Shown here in pieces: positions 59,638 to 64,000 of a DNA stretch of 64,000 bases. This DNA is from Myxococcales bacterium. GTDB lineage: Bacteria; Myxococcota_A; Polyangia; Polyangiales; DASUME01. How positions within the stretch are numbered: position 1 is the first letter of the stretch; every line of letters starts with the position of its first letter. Under the pieces are notes generated by a model, which was not told where the DNA came from, ran no database searches, and saw only the letters and a list, made by a program, of their open reading frames with translations. The DNA lies in assembly GCA_047601445.1 (NCBI GenBank), contig JASGJH010000001.1, forward strand, positions 8,608,001-8,672,000, read 5' to 3'. The position numbers and the translations under genes are program-made.

Positions 59638-59931
59638 ATGTCCGATGGGTTCTTCATCCGCTTTCGCGAAATGGTGCCGGAAGAGGGCTTGCTCAATTTG
59701 GCGCTCGCCGAGATCTCTTCGTTGCACGACACATGGCCCGACCGGCTTCAGTGCAACATCGTGATCGCGCAGGGCGCCCATGAGCCCCAGGGCGGTCGCT
59801 TCAATGCCGAGGTCGAAGTCGAGCTCGGACGCGGTGCGCCGATCGCCAGCCGCGCCGATTGCGAAGACCCCTACGCCGCACTGCGCAGTGCCTTTCGCTC
59901 CCTGCGTCAACGCATCCCGATGGTCGCTTGA
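59638..59931 (+). CDS. Divergent HPF/RaiA-like ribosome-associated protein
   Basis: IRFREM...CNIVI..GGRFNAEVEVEL....EDPYAALRSAF..LRQRI pattern; 97 aa. Confidence 0.65.
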   Translation: MSDGFFIRFREMVPEEGLLNLALAEISSLHDTWPDRLQCNIVIAQGAHEPQGGRFNAEVEVELGRGAPIASRADCEDPYAALRSAFRSLRQRIPMVA

Positions 59932-60066
59932 GCGATGCCTGAGGGCCGCGCCAACGCGGCTCTCATCCGCGATTTTCGTTCGCGCGCGCGCGGCGCGCCC
60001 TGTCGAACGAAGCGTCGCGGCGAGGTGCGAGAAGGTGGGCGCGAAGACGTCAACGTGCCCGTAACC

Positions 60067-60126
60067 GTTGCACTACCTGCCCATTTTTGAGCGGCAACTC
60101 TTGCTTCCGCGTGCGACTACTGCGAG
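60067..60126. promoter_or_regulatory. Three GCR-N5-TGC boxes upstream of the START gene
   Basis: GCACTACCTGC (60070), GCAACTCTTGC (60094), GCGACTACTGC (60113); spacing 24 and 19 bp. Confidence 0.55.
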
Positions 60127-60257
60127 CGTAGGAACATCTTTGATGACCCGCATCACAAACGGGCCATGAGAGCTGTTCCGCGCGGCAACCCACCGTGCGT
60201 TCTTAGGGCTGGCGCGCGCGTGGGAATCGCGCGGCGTGCATCGACAGGTGGCCTCTC

Positions 60258-60890
60258 ATGCGTCGAATCTCGTTCGCACTTGCTTGTTTGATCAGTTTCT
60301 TCACGGTCGCGGTGGCGGCGGCCAACACCCAGCACTGGGAGCTGGTCGACGATGACGACGGCATCCGGGTCTGGACCCTGCAGATCCCCGGGCAAGATCT
60401 GCCTGGTTTCCGCGGCATCACGACCATCAACGCGGGCATCGAGGACATCGTCAAGGTGATGCTCGATGTGGAGCATCACGTGGACTGGATGTGGCAGTGC
60501 GACGAGTCGCGCCCCATCCGCTACACGGCGGACAACCGCGGCCTGCTCTACAACCGCATCAACGCCCCCTGGCCGGTCTGGGATCGCGACGTGGTCGTGG
60601 ACGTGGCCTGGCGCTACACGCCCAACAAGGAAGCCTTGACCTTCCGCTTCCGCAACGTGGAAGAGCAGGGGGAGCCGCCGCAGGACGGCATCGTGCGCTT
60701 GCCTCGCCTCGAAGGTTTTTATCGCTTGTGGACGGACAAGCCCGGCGTCACGAACGTGCTCTACCAAGTTGAGGTGGACATCGCGGGGAACGTCCCCGAC
60801 TTCATGGCCCGCCGCTACGCAAAGAAGCTTCCCTACAAGACGCTCGAGGCCTTGCGCGAGCGTGTGGAGAAGCAAGTCGGCAAGCGCTGA
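60258..60890 (+). CDS. Secreted START (lipid-binding) domain protein
   Basis: Signal peptide; WELVDDDDGIRVW, APWPVWDRD, VDIAGNVPDFM. Confidence 0.88.
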   Translation: MRRISFALACLISFFTVAVAAANTQHWELVDDDDGIRVWTLQIPGQDLPGFRGITTINAGIEDIVKVMLDVEHHVDWMWQCDESRPIRYTADNRGLLYNRINAPWPVWDRDVVVDVAWRYTPNKEALTFRFRNVEEQGEPPQDGIVRLPRLEGFYRLWTDKPGVTNVLYQVEVDIAGNVPDFMARRYAKKLPYKTLEALRERVEKQVGKR

Positions 60891-61013
60891 AGGGCGCCTG
60901 CCGATCGCGAAAGCTTGAGCTCCCGCTTGGGAGCATGGCGGCCAAGCTGCACGGAGCGCGCGGTTTCGCGCCCTTGGCGCAGCGGGAAGCGCTGTGTACG
61001 CTGATCTCGCGTC

Positions 61014-62030
61014 ATGGAAAACCGTGCGCCGATTTCAGTGGTCGTGGCGATCGTGAACTATCGGAGCGCGCAGCTGACGCTGCGTGCCCTCGAGTCCCTG
61101 CGCGGAGAGTTGGCGCAGCCTGCGCTGGCCCTGCGGGCCGTGGTGGTCGAGAACGCCTCGGGTGACGAGGAGGTGCTCGCTCGGGAGGTCCCGCGCCGCT
61201 TCGGGGCCTTCGCGAGCCTCGTGCTCTCGCCCGAGAACGGCGGCTTCGGCGCCGGCAACAACCTGGCGATCCGCCATGCCTTCGAGCAAGGCCGGCCGCC
61301 GGACTACGTGCTGTGCCTGAACCCGGACACCGAGGTGCGTCCCAACGGGGTGCTCGAGCTGGTGCGCTTCATGGAGCAGCACCCACGGGCCGGGGTGGCG
61401 GGCAGTCGCTTCGAGCACGCGGACGGTTCGGAGTGGCCCATCGCGTTTCGTTTCCCCGGGGTGCTTTCGGAGATCGAGGGCGGCTGCGTGCTGGGGCTGG
61501 TGTCGCGCCTGCTTTCGGGCCACGCGGTGGCGCGCGAGATGGGCCCCGAACCCGAGCAGGTGGACTGGCTGCCCGGTGCCGCCATGTTGCTCCGGCGCAG
61601 CTTGCTCGAGCGCATCGGCGGCTTCGACGAGTCGTACTTCCTGTATTTCGAGGAGACCGACCTGTGCCGGCGGGCGCGCGCAGCAGGCTTCGAGACGTGG
61701 CACGTGCCGCAGAGCCGCGTGATGCACATCCGCGGGCAGAGCACGGGCGTGACGGTGCTCAACGAGAAACCCAAGCGCCTGCCGAGCTACTGGTTCGAGT
61801 CGCGTCGGCGCTACTACCGCAAGAATCACGGGCTGCGCTACGCCGCCCTGGCGGATCTCGTGGCGTTGGGTGCGGGTTGCGTCGGACACGCCAAGCGTAT
61901 GCTCAAGCGGCAGCCGCACACGCCCTATTGGCTCAGGGACTTGGTGGCTCAGAGCGTGGTGTGGCCGAAGAACCGCGCCGAGTTCGCGCCGGAGCGCTGC
62001 TATGCGCCGAGCGCGGGGGTGCGGGTATGA
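61014..62030 (+). CDS. GT2 glycosyltransferase
   Basis: IVNYR, VVVENASGD, NGGFGAGNN, LNPDT, GGFDESYFLYFEETD. Confidence 0.92.
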   Translation: MENRAPISVVVAIVNYRSAQLTLRALESLRGELAQPALALRAVVVENASGDEEVLAREVPRRFGAFASLVLSPENGGFGAGNNLAIRHAFEQGRPPDYVLCLNPDTEVRPNGVLELVRFMEQHPRAGVAGSRFEHADGSEWPIAFRFPGVLSEIEGGCVLGLVSRLLSGHAVAREMGPEPEQVDWLPGAAMLLRRSLLERIGGFDESYFLYFEETDLCRRARAAGFETWHVPQSRVMHIRGQSTGVTVLNEKPKRLPSYWFESRRRYYRKNHGLRYAALADLVALGAGCVGHAKRMLKRQPHTPYWLRDLVAQSVVWPKNRAEFAPERCYAPSAGVRV

Positions 62031-62932
62031 ACGTCGGCTTGGTGGCCATCGGGCGCAACGAGGGGGAGCGGCTGAAGCGCTGTCTCCTGTCGGCGCGCGC
62101 GCAAGTGAAGACCTTGGTCTACGTGGATTCGGGCTCCAGCGACGGCAGCGTGGACTTTGCGCGTAGCCTCGGGGTGCACGTGGTGGAGCTCGACACGAGG
62201 CGCCCGTTCACGGCGGGGCGAGCCCGCAACGAGGGAGCGCGAAAGCTGCGCGAGGTGATGCGCGAGGCCGAGTTCGTGCAATTCGTGGACGGCGACTGCG
62301 AGCTGGATTCGAGCTGGATCGCCCGGGGGCTCGCGGAGTTCGCGGCGCGGCCGGGTGCCGCAGTGATCTGCGGGCGAAGGCGCGAGCGCTTTCCCGAGGC
62401 CAGCGTGTACAACCGTCTATGTGACAACGAGTGGAACACGCCGGTCGGTCTGGCAGCTGCCTGTGGGGGCGACTTCATGGTGCGGCTTGGCGCCTTCGAG
62501 CAGGTGCAGGGGTTCGCGTCCGACTTGATCGCGGGGGAGGAGCCCGACCTGTGCTTTCGTATGCGCCAGGCCGGTCACGAGATCTGGCGCGTGGACGCGG
62601 AGATGACCCTGCACGACGCGGCGATGACCGAGTTCGCGCAGTGGTGGTTGCGCAATCTGCGTAGCGGGCACGCTTCGGCCGAGGCCTGGGCCCGGCGCGG
62701 CAGCTGGGCGGAGCGCCAGCTCTTGAAGGACCTCGTGAGCAACGTGATGTGGTCGTTGCCCGTGGCGTGGCCGGCCTGGCCCGTGCTCTTCATGCGCGTG
62801 TATCAGCGCAGCAAGGACCCCACGCACGCGGCCTTCATCGTGCTCGGCAAGTTGCCTCACTCGCAGGGGCAGCTGAAGTACTGGTTCGATCGCGTGCGTG
62901 GCGGCGGCGGAACGCTTATCGAATACAAGTAA
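62027..62932 (+). CDS. GT2 glycosyltransferase
   Basis: ATGA overlap; IGRNEGERL, YVDSGSSDGS, QFVDGD, IAGEEPDLC. Confidence 0.92.
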   Translation: MNVGLVAIGRNEGERLKRCLLSARAQVKTLVYVDSGSSDGSVDFARSLGVHVVELDTRRPFTAGRARNEGARKLREVMREAEFVQFVDGDCELDSSWIARGLAEFAARPGAAVICGRRRERFPEASVYNRLCDNEWNTPVGLAAACGGDFMVRLGAFEQVQGFASDLIAGEEPDLCFRMRQAGHEIWRVDAEMTLHDAAMTEFAQWWLRNLRSGHASAEAWARRGSWAERQLLKDLVSNVMWSLPVAWPAWPVLFMRVYQRSKDPTHAAFIVLGKLPHSQGQLKYWFDRVRGGGGTLIEYK

Positions 62933-63040
62933 AGCCGTTCGCTTAGGCGCGCCTAGGCACGAACGCGCAGGCCGCTAGTGGCAGCCGAGACGGCCCTCTT
63001 TGGGGGGCGGAGTCACGGCTCCGCGTGCTATGTCGAAGTG

Positions 63041-63919
63041 ATGCGCTGGACACGCGGTCATTCCAGTTCGTATGTCGACGACAGGCGCGCGGAGGGCCCC
63101 GCTCGCGCCGGGCTCGGAGGCGGCGGCATCGGCCTCCTGATGTGGCTGTTTTCACGCTTCGGGCTGGCCGGTCTGTTGATCGGCGGCGCGTTGCTCTACT
63201 TCGGCGGTGGCCTGTTCAGCGGCGACTCCTCGTCGCTCGCCGGCAGCGATAGCAATGTGCCCATGCAGACGGCGGACGGACGCGATCCGGAGGCCGAGAT
63301 GGTGCAGTTCGTCTCGTTCGTGCTGGACGACAACCAGGAGACCTGGGCGCAAACCTTTGCGCGCGCCGGCAAGCGCTACGAGCCGGCGCGGATGGTGCTT
63401 TTTCGCGGCAGCACGCCTTCGGGTTGCGGCCTGGGGCAGGCGGCCATGGGGCCCTTCTACTGTCCGCGCGATCAAAAGGTGTACATCGACTTGAGTTTCT
63501 ATCGCGAGCTCAAGCAGCGCTTCGGTGCTCCCGGTGACTTCGCGCAGGCCTACGTGATCGCGCACGAGATTGGCCACCACGTCCAGCACCAGCTCGGCCT
63601 CGACCGCAACGTGTCGGGAGCCCAGCGCGTGGGCGCGGGCAGTGGCGCGGTGCGCCTCGAGCTGCAGGCAGATTGCCTCGCGGGCGTGTGGAGCAACGCC
63701 ACCAAGCAGCGCTCGCTGCTGGAGCCTGGCGACATCGACGAAGCCATGGGCGCAGCCGCGGCCATCGGCGACGACCGACTGCAGCGGGAATCCACGGGCA
63801 CGGTGTCTCCGGAGAGTTGGACCCACGGGTCCTCCGAGGAGCGCCAGCGCTGGTTTCGCCGTGGCTATGAATCTGGCAGCCTGGAAGCCTGTGACACCTT
63901 TGGGGCCTCGAGCCTGTAG
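63041..63919 (+). CDS. ypfJ: Neutral zinc metallopeptidase, YpfJ family
   Basis: MRW..VDDRR, MGPFYCP.DQKVYIDL, AHEIGHHVQ (HExxH), LELQADCLAG, WTHGSS. Confidence 0.93.
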   Translation: MRWTRGHSSSYVDDRRAEGPARAGLGGGGIGLLMWLFSRFGLAGLLIGGALLYFGGGLFSGDSSSLAGSDSNVPMQTADGRDPEAEMVQFVSFVLDDNQETWAQTFARAGKRYEPARMVLFRGSTPSGCGLGQAAMGPFYCPRDQKVYIDLSFYRELKQRFGAPGDFAQAYVIAHEIGHHVQHQLGLDRNVSGAQRVGAGSGAVRLELQADCLAGVWSNATKQRSLLEPGDIDEAMGAAAAIGDDRLQRESTGTVSPESWTHGSSEERQRWFRRGYESGSLEACDTFGASSL

Positions 63920-63958
63920 CTGGAGCACCGAGGTGCTCTAGCGCCCGGAGGCAGCGAC

Positions 63959-64000
63959 ATGCCGCACTTCGAGCTAATCGTCACCATCACCGCCGGCCTC
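63959..64000 (+). CDS. 5' fragment of a membrane protein, possibly a YbaL-like cation:proton antiporter
   Basis: RBS GGAGG, MPHFELIVTITAGL; only 14 codons visible. Confidence 0.4.
   Translation, partial: MPHFELIVTITAGL

Overview
High-GC bacterial chromosomal DNA. Gene families (ECF/anti-sigma cassettes, Cys-rich GD-repeat lipoproteins, FAAL-NRPS, many sigma54 promoters) point to a myxobacterium, probably Polyangiales-like (inference). The left end holds the start of a lipopeptide NRPS cluster (stand-alone thioesterase, then FAAL-carrier-C-A, running off the edge). It is followed by an RNA methyltransferase, ygiQ, a c-di-GMP-I riboswitch controlling an orphan lipoprotein, and a FadL / ~1200-aa lipoprotein / secreted protein locus. 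The middle has a POT transporter, an OmpA protein, an ECF-anti-sigma-twin lipoprotein operon, HIT, DctP, nfuA, putA, two tandem atypical receiver-LuxR regulators each with a sigma54 promoter and shared GCA-N5-TGC boxes, tesB, a Ser-less lipase homolog, fabH, purL with a divergent LysR, and two DEAD-box helicases. The right part has MerR/SDR/phosphotransferase, a fused GH13 + amylo-1,6-glucosidase, divergent GD-repeat lipoproteins, small signalling genes, a START protein, two GT2 enzymes and ypfJ. Four genes are broken by the same +1 event (GATC read as GAATC), most likely a methylation-linked sequencing artefact. No rRNA, tRNA, CRISPR array or transposase was seen. Start codons were re-picked by eye from RBS, gene overlaps and protein N-termini, so they often differ from the ORF track.
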